Under the pieces are notes generated by a model. The model ran no database searches and had not been told where the DNA came from. It saw only the letters and a list, made by a program, of their open reading frames with translations. 64,000 bases of DNA from the NCBI GenBank assembly GCA_977862235.1, contig OZ374561.1:806001-870000 (forward strand). Direction: 5' to 3'. The translations under genes were made by a program, and so were the position numbers. The stretch is from Dudresnaya verticillata. Its lineage: Eukaryota. Of this stretch, positions 54,140 to 64,000 are shown piece by piece (positions within the stretch are counted from its first letter, which is position 1; each line of letters starts with the position of its first letter).

Positions 54140-55531
54140 TCAACTTCCGCTTCCGGGATTGCTTTCTTGAACTTTCTCTGAAGAACCCTGTGCTGTTGGA
54201 GCTTCTGTTTGGCTTGGTGACAAGCACGCCGGTAGCATTGATCCCACCATATTGTTTAGTGCCTCATTCTCTGCTTTGAGTTGCACAAACGTGCGTTCCA
54301 TTTCCTGAAATCGCGACTTGCTCTTCAGTCTGCTCCTCCTCGCACTTTCCCGGTTGCGCATTATTCTTCTAAGTCGCAGTTGCTCAGCTTTTTGAGATTC
54401 AGCGACTTGCACTGCATCACTTTCGTTCGGCTTGTGCATCTTCGCTTGCCATTGTGTAATTTCGTTCTCTACCATGCCTGCTTGCGCGACACCAGAAATG
54501 GAGGCCTGTGGTCTTGTCCTGCTTCGCAAACTACCGGTTATGTTTGGCAATCCAGCGAGGCCGCCCGGAGATCCGGGTCGAGCGCAAGAGACTGGGGTAC
54601 CATGCGAAAACGAAATTGGCGATGACTGGGCACTGCGGGGATCTGTTTGTGCATTGGTAATGTGACGGCTATGATCGGCAAGCACGGCTTGAGGCTGGTC
54701 ACCGTGCTCTCCCGAAGGCGTTGCATTTGGTATCTCGGGCTTGATTTTCCTCATTCGCTGCCGAGGAGTCCCCATAACAAGGTCAGAGGAATTTCCGGTG
54801 CTTGCGCTGATGCGACGCTTTCTTCGTCGCTCGGGCCCAGAGCCCCCCGGGTGGTCCTCATGGCTTGGAATGATAGCCCACGTTCTCGAGTCATTCTGGA
54901 GTTTGCGGTCGTCAATACCTTGAGTAGAGCGCATTCCGTGACGATTCCAAATCCTTGTGTCCGCAGCGACGGACGTCATCCGTTCAGCGGCCGGCTCGGG
55001 TGTTGGCGTTCCTCTAGTGAAATCTAGCCCAGATGGAGGAGGAGATACAGAATGTGGTGGAGCAGGATGTGCTTGGTGGGGCTGTTTGGAGATGGTTGCT
55101 GGAGCTTGGCAGACATTTGCGGGTGATGTGGTAAGAGCTTGTGCGTTTTGCAGAAGGTTTTGTCCTGGCGTACTATTCCAACTTTTGTCCACAAGGTTCT
55201 GCTCGGCGTTACTCGGGGCTCCATTGCTTTTTCCCGAGCTTGACCCCTGGCCTGTGTGGAATTCGGGCGGGCTCGCCATACGAGTGTCCAATTGGTATTG
55301 TTCGTTTTCGAAGGGAGAATGCAGCCCTGGCTGCTCATACTTCTGATGGAGCGCCTGTGCTGCTTCTATTGCGCCTGTGCTATCAGCGATATTGAATAGA
55401 AAGCCAGACGGCTGCGCAGTTTGACTGACGGCCTCCACGAGAGCGTTGTATTGGCCTTCCTTCTCGTTATCTAACTTTTTTAATCTGTCGTCCTCCGTAG
55501 GTCGGCTATTTATTGGCTTGCCATCAGCCAT
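54140..55531 (-). CDS. bZIP transcription factor
   Basis: RRIMRNRESARRSRLKSKSRFQEMERTFVQLKAENEALNNMV canonical basic region and zipper; NLS-like RRRKRR. Confidence 0.88.
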   Translation of the reverse strand: MADGKPINSRPTEDDRLKKLDNEKEGQYNALVEAVSQTAQPSGFLFNIADSTGAIEAAQALHQKYEQPGLHSPFENEQYQLDTRMASPPEFHTGQGSSSGKSNGAPSNAEQNLVDKSWNSTPGQNLLQNAQALTTSPANVCQAPATISKQPHQAHPAPPHSVSPPPSGLDFTRGTPTPEPAAERMTSVAADTRIWNRHGMRSTQGIDDRKLQNDSRTWAIIPSHEDHPGGSGPERRRKRRISASTGNSSDLVMGTPRQRMRKIKPEIPNATPSGEHGDQPQAVLADHSRHITNAQTDPRSAQSSPISFSHGTPVSCARPGSPGGLAGLPNITGSLRSRTRPQASISGVAQAGMVENEITQWQAKMHKPNESDAVQVAESQKAEQLRLRRIMRNRESARRSRLKSKSRFQEMERTFVQLKAENEALNNMVGSMLPACLSPSQTEAPTAQGSSEKVQESNPGSGS

Positions 55532-56330
55532 ATCTTGATTACTTTAGTAGTTGAGATATACGGACTCCTACGGTGATCGTGATACAACCAGCTGTTTCCA
55601 GTTGCTCCGCCACGTTCAAGAATGCAGGCGTTGCACAAATCTCCTAGGCTCACTACGTTTGTCCTGGGGACGTGTGCATGAGAATCACAAAGGGGTTGCA
55701 GGTTGACGCCTTGCAGGCCTTCTTTCTCCCGTAGAACTGCGTTTTCTCCACAGTCAGGTGTCTACGTTTAGCTTCCCTCAGCATCTTTCTAGTCTTTCTG
55801 AAGTACGGACGTAAGGTCACAACGTGGCGGACGATGTCTAGGACGATGTCTAGGTTTAGGGAGGTCGTGGCTCTAATTGAAATTGCTCATAGTGTGCAAT
55901 TTGTTTCTGTCCATGCGAGAAGGCAGATGGCCTTATTGTAGTTTAATTAAGTTGGACAATTATAGCTTTTTACACTTACTGAACGAGTGCGCCCTGCATC
56001 TATTCCCCCACCTCAGATTCATCATGGATCTGCGTAGTTACGACAGAAGGAAAACGCAGTTGGTCTGATGTGCATTGCCTCGTTAATACGTCTGAGAAGG
56101 GTACGGTGGATGTCGGGCATGTGTTCACTTTCAACATTGTCATCTAATGTGTTGAAGTCGTCTTGAAGATGATCTTCTCTGGTTGCTTTTGCTGTTCTAC
56201 TTTAATGGTTGTTTAGAGTGACCCTCGGCGGACAGCTAGGGTTCATATATAGGCACAACTGCCTACTGACCCTTGGCCATTGTATATGTCCTCTACGCTC
56301 TATACAGTATAAGCGAAGGCCGCTTAAAAC

Positions 56331-56385
56331 GTGCCAAGAGGCCTGCCGTGCAAGAGGCCAGCCGTGCAAGAGGCCAGCCGTGCAA
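56331..56385. repeat. About 3 x 16-bp tandem repeat (GCCGTGCAAGAGGCCA)
   Basis: Direct reading. Confidence 0.8.
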
Positions 56386-57139
56386 CCGGGCCTTTACTTC
56401 TGTGAATCGCATAAGCTGGCTTTCCCCCCCAATGGCATTACTCCACTTGCTCACCAGTAAAGCCCTTCCCGTGCTGTCCCGACGCTGACCAGTGTGTCAT
56501 TCTGCAATGCGCCTCAAGACGCACTGCAATGTGTCGTGTTTCTTCCTTCAGGAGGGCGCAGCAAAGATGCTGAAGAAGGTGCTGAAGAATATCAACTTGA
56601 GACATGGTCTGAGGCGGCAGTCAAGACCGTTCCTGAAACGCTACTGCTCTGTAAAGCTAATGAAGTTGAATGGATTTTAAATGCAGGAGTTCCTTCAAAC
56701 TGCTCCGTGGGGTCAGTCAGGCTGCCGGGATTTTTTTTTGCATTTGCTCTCATGTGCATACAAAGCGGGTGGGCGCCGTTATGCTTTCGAAAATTGCGTG
56801 GCCAGTCTCGAAAGGTAGTGACATGGATTGGAAGGATAGTGTAGCTGGTCGACACACAAGCATGCGCGCTTTTTCTTCTTTATACTTGCATTCCATAACA
56901 TTTCGTATACATGTTTGCATTGACTCCCGGCGCTCCACCCAACTACTGCACCGGTGAGCGACTCGCATGCTGTTTCTTGGAAACTACTGCTTGCTCGACC
57001 TTGCTTCGCATCAGAGCCCAACGATAAAATCTGCTCTTTCATCAGCTACCCTCCGCGACCATTGTCTTTGCTACGCGACAAGGCAAATCACATCCGCACC
57101 GGGTTCTAGGCGCGCGGCTGGGAAGCCCGCTGACCAGAA

Positions 57140-57856
57140 ATGGTGAAGGTCTTTCCCGTCGTGGGCGGCATTCTTTCGTTAGTATCGCTCGTCCTTCTTG
57201 CAGTCGGGTCAGCTACCAACAAATGGGTAGTGATGGACCGAGGCAACACCGCGCTCAATCCAAACGTGGTCAACTCAAAGCTGGGCACAGCGGAGCAACG
57301 CGCCGGGATAACGTCATCGACTAGGGACATCACGTACGCATTGTCTCACTACGGGCTTTGGATTGGGTGCCACAAGGAGCGCTTGGGCGCTGTGTCATGC
57401 GCGTACATCGGGGCAAGCTGCTACTCGAACGTATGCTGGATTCGCAAGACGTCGCGATCAAGCACGAAGACGTGCTTAGACTCGAAGGTTGCGACGGTTG
57501 CAAATTGCACAGCATACCAGGTGGTGCGCGCGTTTGTCCTGATCGGGATTCTGATCATGGTTCTCGGGGTGTCGACGCAGCTGGTGAGCTTGGTCAACGT
57601 GAACAGGTCGTTGGCGATGCTCGCTGGCATTGTGATATTCGTGTCCGGGCTATTTGTCATGAGCGCGTTTGCCATCTTCTACAGCGAGGAAGTGGTTCGG
57701 AGCGGGGTCAAGGACATTGGCCATCTTGGATACAGCATAAAGCTGATTGCTGCTGCGTGGCCTCTCACGCTGTTCTCCGGCATCATCTCGTGCTGTGCCG
57801 CCAGTATGGGTCTTCGGCACAAGGAAGTTTCCGACTACAGCGCAAGCAACTATTGA
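57140..57856 (+). CDS. Claudin/PMP22-like tetraspan membrane protein
   Basis: Four hydrophobic helices; W...GLW..C...C signature (TNKW...HYGLWIGC...SC); VRAF at TM2; GYS before TM4. Confidence 0.82.
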   Translation: MVKVFPVVGGILSLVSLVLLAVGSATNKWVVMDRGNTALNPNVVNSKLGTAEQRAGITSSTRDITYALSHYGLWIGCHKERLGAVSCAYIGASCYSNVCWIRKTSRSSTKTCLDSKVATVANCTAYQVVRAFVLIGILIMVLGVSTQLVSLVNVNRSLAMLAGIVIFVSGLFVMSAFAIFYSEEVVRSGVKDIGHLGYSIKLIAAAWPLTLFSGIISCCAASMGLRHKEVSDYSASNY

Positions 57857-58279
57857 CGGGGAGGGGAGGAGCCTAGGTCTTGCTCCCCGGTCTTGGTCCA
57901 TTGCTGCTGCAAAGGCGCGCTGCAACAGGCCGCGCTTGACAAGCGCGCCACGGCCGTGTGGGGCTCTCCCTTTGGGGGGCGGCTTTTACAAAAATATCTG
58001 TCGGACTTGCAATCTCATTGCGGCGCAGCGGGGACATCGCCGCAACGTATGGCGAACAAAACCCGCTCAATTTTATTAAGAAAAGTAAAGACGCCCCATG
58101 GGCTTGCACTGGTGAGCGGAGGTGCTATCTTCGTCTTGTTCTTCGCCACGCGCCCACCAGCCACGCACATTCCGCGACGGGAAGCCCGTCGCCTTCCGTC
58201 ATTGAATTTCTAGCATCGAAGGAGAAGCGCCACAGGCCCTCGGCAGACCCCTGCTTGCGACACATCCCCCAACCGTAGG

Positions 58280-59383
58280 ATGGCCTTTCTTCCGCCCTCT
58301 CCGCTCCTCAACACTCGCGCATCAAGCTTGCAAAGAGCGACCGGCGCAAGAAGACTGCAGCTGCGACGTCCATCGGCGCGGTCCAGAAGAAGCCGAGTGG
58401 TTGTGTCTACAATCGGGCAGCAGGTCAGCCAGGACCAGCTGGACCCCGAAACAAAGAAGACGTTGCAACGCTATTTTGAAACGTACACATGGCGTGGCCA
58501 CTCCATCAACTACCGCGTCGACGGCCCGGAGGACGGCATGCCGGTGCTGATTGTGCACGGCTTCGGCGCGTCGATAAACCACTGGCGGAAGAACATCCCG
58601 GCGCTAACGGCCACGTCGCGCCTGCGCGTCTTCACAATCGACCTGCTGGGATTTGGCGCGTCGGACAAGCCGAGCCCGAAGGAGGTGGAGTACGGCATCG
58701 ACCTGTGGAAGCACCTGCTGGTGGACTTTGCCAACGATCAAAACCCCGTCGACAAGTGGTGCTTTGTTGGCAACTCTATCGGCTCGCTCACGTCGCTGGC
58801 AGCGGCCGAGAAGCTCGGCCAGGAGCGCGTGCGCGCGTGCGCGCTGGTGAATAGCGCCGGCGGGCTCGTGAGCTTTCGTTACTCGGAGCTCAACCCGTTC
58901 CAAACTGTGCTGATGGTCGCTTTCAATACCATCTTGTTCAACCGCTTCACCGGGCCGTACTTGTTTGAAAACTTTCGGAAACGCACGACAATCGCAAGTG
59001 TTCTCAAGCAAGTGTACATCAACCAGCATGCCATCTCGGAGGACCTTTTGGATATTCTGTGTGACCCGTCAATGGACGACGGTGCCTGTGACGTATTCCT
59101 GGCCATCCTTAACGCTGACCCAGGCCCTACGCCTGAGGAGTTACTTGCAAGGCTACCGTGGTGCCCTATGCTCGTTGTGTGGGGAGAGGACGACCCGTGG
59201 ACACCGCTGAGGGAAGGCTTTCATCCAGGGATCAAGTTTCCAGAGTACCACCCAAGTCTTGACCTACGGATTGTGCCAAATGCTGGCCATTGCGTGCATG
59301 ACGAGCATCCCGAGATTGTGAATGAGATGCTGGTTCCCTTCCTTTTATCTCCATCGCTTAAAGCCAAAGGAAACGGCGTGTAA
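58280..59383 (+). CDS. Plastid alpha/beta-fold hydrolase (pheophytinase/chlorophyll dephytylase-like family)
   Basis: HGFGAS..HWRKNI, DLLGFGASDKP, GNSIGS nucleophile elbow, WGEDDPW, GHCVHDE; MAFL transit peptide. Confidence 0.88.
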   Translation: MAFLPPSPLLNTRASSLQRATGARRLQLRRPSARSRRSRVVVSTIGQQVSQDQLDPETKKTLQRYFETYTWRGHSINYRVDGPEDGMPVLIVHGFGASINHWRKNIPALTATSRLRVFTIDLLGFGASDKPSPKEVEYGIDLWKHLLVDFANDQNPVDKWCFVGNSIGSLTSLAAAEKLGQERVRACALVNSAGGLVSFRYSELNPFQTVLMVAFNTILFNRFTGPYLFENFRKRTTIASVLKQVYINQHAISEDLLDILCDPSMDDGACDVFLAILNADPGPTPEELLARLPWCPMLVVWGEDDPWTPLREGFHPGIKFPEYHPSLDLRIVPNAGHCVHDEHPEIVNEMLVPFLLSPSLKAKGNGV

Positions 59384-59637
59384 ACAGCAAAACAAAAAGG
59401 CTTGGCAGGACTCGCGTTGAGGATACATACATACCATATGCTTGAAGTTGAAGAGCACAAGACATTTAGGATGTGCATGGGACCTTGCTTTCAGAAACGG
59501 GCTGTTAACTCAAAGTAAGTCATTCGTACAATAATAGGTAGGTACATACAGCAACAAGCAAACAAACACCACAACAACAACACAGAGAGAGCCACAATTG
59601 CACAAGATGCGTGTGTGTGTGCGTGTGTGCTCATCGC

Positions 59638-60684
59638 TCATCTGCCACCGCGTCTCGACCTGCGCCTGTCCACGGAGGACTCGGCGCTCTTCCGTCTCTG
59701 CAGCTCTTCAATCCTGGCACGGACCTTCTTAAGCACAACCCTCTGAAGAAACTGGTCCCTCGCGACAGCCCGGACCTTGCGCATGTAGTCGGGCACTCCC
59801 AGCACGCCACACTCCACAGCGTCATCCAGCACGGCAAGCGCATCGGTGAGCGCCGCGTCCGCGGCGCGGCACTCCATCTCCTGCAGGCGGAGCGCGTGGC
59901 GCGGCAACGTGACGTCATCCACGTGCGCGTCGGGCCCGTCCGGCGGCGCCGGGTGCGCGTCGCGCCAGCGCAGCAGCGCGTCGCGGCGGCGGCGCTCGCC
60001 GCGCTGCCGCTCCTCCAGCACGGCGCGACGCTCCGCGACGTCCGCCGACCGCACGCGCAGCTCGAGCAGCTGCGCGCGCGCGGCGTCGCGCGCCAGCACG
60101 GCCGCCGCCGCCGCGGGCGCGTACGAAGGCGCGCGCAGCGCGGCCGACGCGCGCGCGCACAGCGCGGCTAGCAGGGCGTCGCGCGGGGCGGCGCGCGCGG
60201 GCGCGGGAGCGGGCGCGGGCGCGGGCGCGGCGGGCAGGCGCGGCGCGCGCGGGCGGCGCGGCGGGGCGCGCGCGTAGACCGGCGGCTTGGTAGAGAAGGC
60301 GGCGGCGAGCGCGGACAGGGCCGCGGGCAGCGTGGATGAGGCCGCGGCCCACTCGGACAGGCACGGGTGGTACACCAGGCCGTTCGCCGGGTCGACGTGC
60401 GGGTGGCGCGGGCGGAAGGCCATGTCGGACGTGGGGACGACGAAGGGCAACGGCGGGCCGCACGGGTGGTACGGCATGAGGTAGACGTGCAGCGGGATCT
60501 TGTACGTGGTGGCGCGGTAGCGGATTGGCAGCGTGCCGCGCAGCGCGAGCAGAGACTGCGACGGGGTGTGCGGCGACGCGGAGAGCAGCGGGAACAGCGT
60601 TGGGTAGGCGCGCAGCGCCGTCGACGCGTCGCGGAGAAGCGCCGCGTGGTTGCACGGCGGGTAGCTGCCGGACTCTTGCTGCGT

Positions 60685-60716
<32 letters not shown>

Positions 60717-60854
60717 GGAGGAGAGTGGGCGAGTTAGCGTGCGTGCGGGCGGGCGGGCGGGCGCGGCGGTGGTGGGTGCGGCGGGCGCGGAGCGGGTGCG
60801 GTGCGGTGCTTACCAGCAGGGCGAGCAGCGGGTCTGCTGCTTGGCTGTGTGCGG

Positions 60855-60885
<31 letters not shown>

Positions 60886-60912
60886 CGCGGGGCGCGGGGC
60901 GACGCGGGACAT
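59638..60912 (-). CDS. VPS23: ESCRT-I subunit VPS23/TSG101; exons 60912-60814 and 60678-59638
   Basis: UEV domain (LRGTLPIRYRATTYKIPL, YHPCGPP, HPHVD..G.VYHP.L.EW), coiled coil, and steadiness box (ALTDALAVLDDA...YMRKVRAVARDQF). Confidence 0.92.
60679..60813 (-). other. Spliceosomal intron (135 nt, stop-free, in frame) containing a 31-nt C run
   Basis: GTAAGC donor at 60813, GCTAAC branch at 60738-60733, poly-C 60715-60685, GCAG acceptor at 60679. Confidence 0.75.
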
Positions 60913-61321
60913 GGCGGATGGGGGGGGGGAGTGTTGGGGCAGGCGACGTAGGGACGGGGAGAGCCGCGGTTGCTGCAGCGTTGAGGTAAAGTTTGGGACG
61001 GCGTGCGGCTGGAGGAGGCGCACGCGGACGCACACTGCGCACGTGCACGCCCTATTTTTACCGACTGCGCGGGAATGCGCCGCCGCTTGAAAACCGCGCA
61101 AAGGCGGCACCGTCGCGGCCCCGCATCTTCCGCCTTATTGCTTCGCGGCACCGCGCCGCGCCGCGCCGCGCCGCGCCAGAGCCGTTCACCGCCGTCCCGC
61201 CACGTGCGGCGCCGCGCCCGTCGCGCGCCGACCCTTCGCGCCGCGCCGCGCGCGCGTATGTCCATCGCGCGCGCGCGCGCGCGCCCGTGCCGCGCCCGAT
61301 GCCGCCGCCGCCGCACGCACC

Positions 61322-61936
61322 ATGGTGCCGCCCGCCACGCTCTTCGCGCGCCCCACGCGCCGCCGCCCGTCCGCCGCGCCGCCGCCGCGCGCGCGCGCGC
61401 CGGACCGCTCGCCCGCGCGCCCGTCGCGGCAGCCCCAGCCGCCGCCGGTCCCGCTCGCGCCGCCGCTCGCGCGCCCTCGCGCGCGCGCGCGCGCGCGCTC
61501 GCTGCTGGGCACGTCGTCCGAGCCGGGCGCGCGCGCGCCGCCGCCGCCGCCGTCTCCGCCGCCGTCGCCGCCGCCGCCGCCGCCGCCGCTGCCGCCGCCG
61601 CCGCCGCCGGCCGCGCGCGCGCGCCACGCCGAGAACGCGCGCCTGCGCGGCGCGCTGGCCGCGGCGGCCGCGCGCGCCGCGGCGGCCGAGCGCGCCGCGC
61701 GCGAGCTGCGCGCGCGCGTGCGCGCGAGCGACGCGGCGGAGCGGCCGGGCGCGCCGCTGCGCGCGGCGCGGCGCGCCGCGCACCGCGCGCGGTGTGACGC
61801 GGCGTGGCACAAGCTGCGCCTCGTCGCGGCCACGCGCGCGTGCCGCGCGTGCGCGGCGCACGCTTCCGGGCGTGGTGCGCTGGAGCCGCGCGACGGCGAC
61901 GGGCGGGCGCTGTGGGCGCTGCGGGACGTGGACGCG

Positions 61937-61975
<39 letters not shown>

Positions 61976-62299
61976 GATGGCGATGGGGATGGCGCGGACG
62001 GCTGCTACTATGGCGAGGCGGAGCGGAGCGGCGGCGCGCTGTCGCGGAGGGAAGAGTACGCGCGGGACGTCGACGAGCTGGAGGGGCTGCTGCGCGACGA
62101 GCACGCGGCGAGGCTGGACGTGGAGGAGCGCGTGGCGGTGCTGGAGGACGTGCTGGAGCGGCGCGAGCGCGAGGAGCGCGCGGCTAGCGCCGTACTCGAC
62201 GCGGAGATGGCCGCGCTGAGGGCGGTGCTCGACGCGCGCGATGACGCCGCGTCGCGCCGCGCCGACGCCGTGTTTGTCGACGTTGTCGGAACGGTTTGA
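61322..62299 (+). CDS. Hypothetical Pro-rich / coiled-coil protein with poly-Asp tract
   Basis: accATGG start; two coiled-coil-like segments (ENARLRGALAAA; DVDELEGLLRDEHAARLDVEERVAVLE); (GAC)12 at 61937-61972. Confidence 0.65.
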
Positions 62300-62619
62300 T
62301 CCGCGCATTGACGTTTTTCGCGCGTGCGCGCCGTGCAGTGCTGGCAGCACTCCGCCTCGTTGCCGCTCCTCGTCCCCTCCCCGCGCGTCCGTCCTCTTCA
62401 GCAGCCCCCGCTGCATCGCGAGATGCAAATACCGCCGTGCCACCGCCGTGGTCGCAGACGTGTTGGCACTTGCACTACTGCCTCAGCACCGTTCTTACCT
62501 GCTCCGATACATTCCCAACTACATAATACACCGCACCGCACCCCGTCTCGCCGCGCCCCAACCCCAACCTCACTCTTCAGTCTTCTACCCTCCCATGTCT
62601 TGTCCGAGTGAAAGCAAAC

Positions 62620-64000
62620 ATGCCGTTTTCCCAATTGCCCCTGCTGCTCCTTCTCCTCACCTCCCCTGCAACCGCCTGCACAGGCCCACGCCATGACCCA
62701 CAATCCGTCCAAATCTCCAAGTCGTGTCTCAAGCCGCTACGCACCAACCCCGAGCACTACGCGGTCTGCAAGACCACCATTTGCTTCCTGTTCATCCGCG
62801 AGGCGCCGTTCATAATCCTGCCAGACGCCTTCACGCGCAACGCCACCCATCTCCAGCGCGCGTTCCCCTGCGCCAACCCAGGCGCGCTGCACGCGTCGCT
62901 GTCAGGCGTGGCCTTCTCCATCCACAACAAGACGGCGTCTGCGCACCCGGCGCTCTGCATCTGGGCCGGGCCGGCGTCCGAGTGCACGTTCAACGGGCTA
63001 GTCGCGTTTGCCGACATGCACGCACGCCACGGCTACCAGTTTGGCGTCACGGGGCTCCTGCTGCAGATGCCCGAGCGCGAGTGCGGCATGTACCCCAGCG
63101 CGTCCGTGCTCAACGGGCAGATGATCCTGATCGGGCGGCGCGGCAGCTCGCGCGCGCGAGATGACTTTGACCAAGCGCTCGAGCAGCTTGCCGCGCCGTT
63201 TGAGCCCTTCACGTGGCTGATCTTCGTTGCCACGCTGCTGCTACTGGTTTTGACGAGCGTTTTGTTGGCGCGCAGATCGGTGGCGTGGCAGAAGCACAGG
63301 CGTCGGTGGGCTGCAGTGTTTGACAGCTTCACCGGGGCGCACAGTAGGGGTGATGAGGTGTGGGCCGGCGGCAGTAGCGCGCCTCGCTTTGCGAGGGGGG
63401 TGGTCCGTTTTGCCACGGTGGGCTGTTGGATACTTTTTCTTATGCTGTATGAGGCGGCTCTTGTCAACTTTCTGTTTCGTCAGCAGGCGTTTGCTTTGAG
63501 CAAAAGCGTTCGATCTCTGTCAGAGTCGGAATTGAAACACTACGCTGTTATCAAAAACTCTGCTTTGGAAAGAGCTTGGAAGGTAATCGGTACGCTGATG
63601 ACAGCTTTTTTCTCCCTTCTCCCGGCGTTGTGCGTCGCGTGGGACTGCAGTAGAGATATGATCGCCTAACCTTTTTCTTTTCTGAATATTCATAGTCGGT
63701 TCACGCGGAAGAAGCGATGAAGAAGCGCTGTGGCGACAGTGTGAAAGTGGGAGAGACTGTATTGATATGCTGCTTGTTCCAGAAGAAGAGAATGCAGCCG
63801 AATATGCTGTTTCGTTCGACAGTATGGGAAGGTATCTGCTCAAAGAAAAAGACAATTGCGGTATGTAGAATCGTTTGTCAAAAGACGCTGCCGTCAACTT
63901 TCCATTCTTCCTGACCATGCAACCTGACCACTGTGTTGTGTTTGCAACTGAAGACAAGCTCGCCATATTTGAAACCCGAGACGTGTTGTACGACTTTTCC
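62620..64000 (+). CDS. Ionotropic glutamate receptor-like channel (partial; exons 62620-63589, 63696-63860, 63954->64000)
   Basis: Signal peptide; S1-like FIREAPFII; pre-M1/M1 LAAPFEPFTWLIF; M3-like FLMLYEAALVNFL; S2-like VRSLSE..YAVIKNSA. Two phase-1 GT-AG introns (63590-63695, 63861-63953) keep the frame open (...NCDKLAIFETRDVLYDFS). Confidence 0.7.

Noticed and set aside
55829..55854. 12-bp direct duplication GGACGATGTCTA upstream of a bZIP
   Set aside because: Two copies only; consistent with simple slippage.

Overview
Gene-dense eukaryotic nuclear DNA with few, short GT-AG introns, most likely from a red alga (inferred from a nucleus-encoded CpcS/CpeS phycobiliprotein lyase with a transit-peptide-like leader). 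The left part (about 7.7-26.4 kb) is a duplicated accessory region. It holds two copies of a head-to-head module: an intron-split atypical bZIP gene plus a gene of an uncharacterised ~350-aa family. Three further copies of that family follow, one a pseudogene. All five end in a basic patch plus a terminal (V/I)(V/I)DLT SUMO-interaction-like motif. The rest contains an RRM protein, APC10, a Kelch-cytochrome b561 fusion, beta-carbonic anhydrase, a TMEM181/Wntless-like-lipase fusion, ATP synthase subunit f, an EEP nuclease, a P4-ATPase, two more bZIPs, a claudin-like protein, a plastid alpha/beta hydrolase, VPS23 and a glutamate-receptor-like channel lacking the N-terminal domain. An ORF-poor stretch at 884-1127 folds by eye into a nested multi-stem structure (candidate ncRNA). 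All family assignments come from motif recognition by eye; no searches were run.
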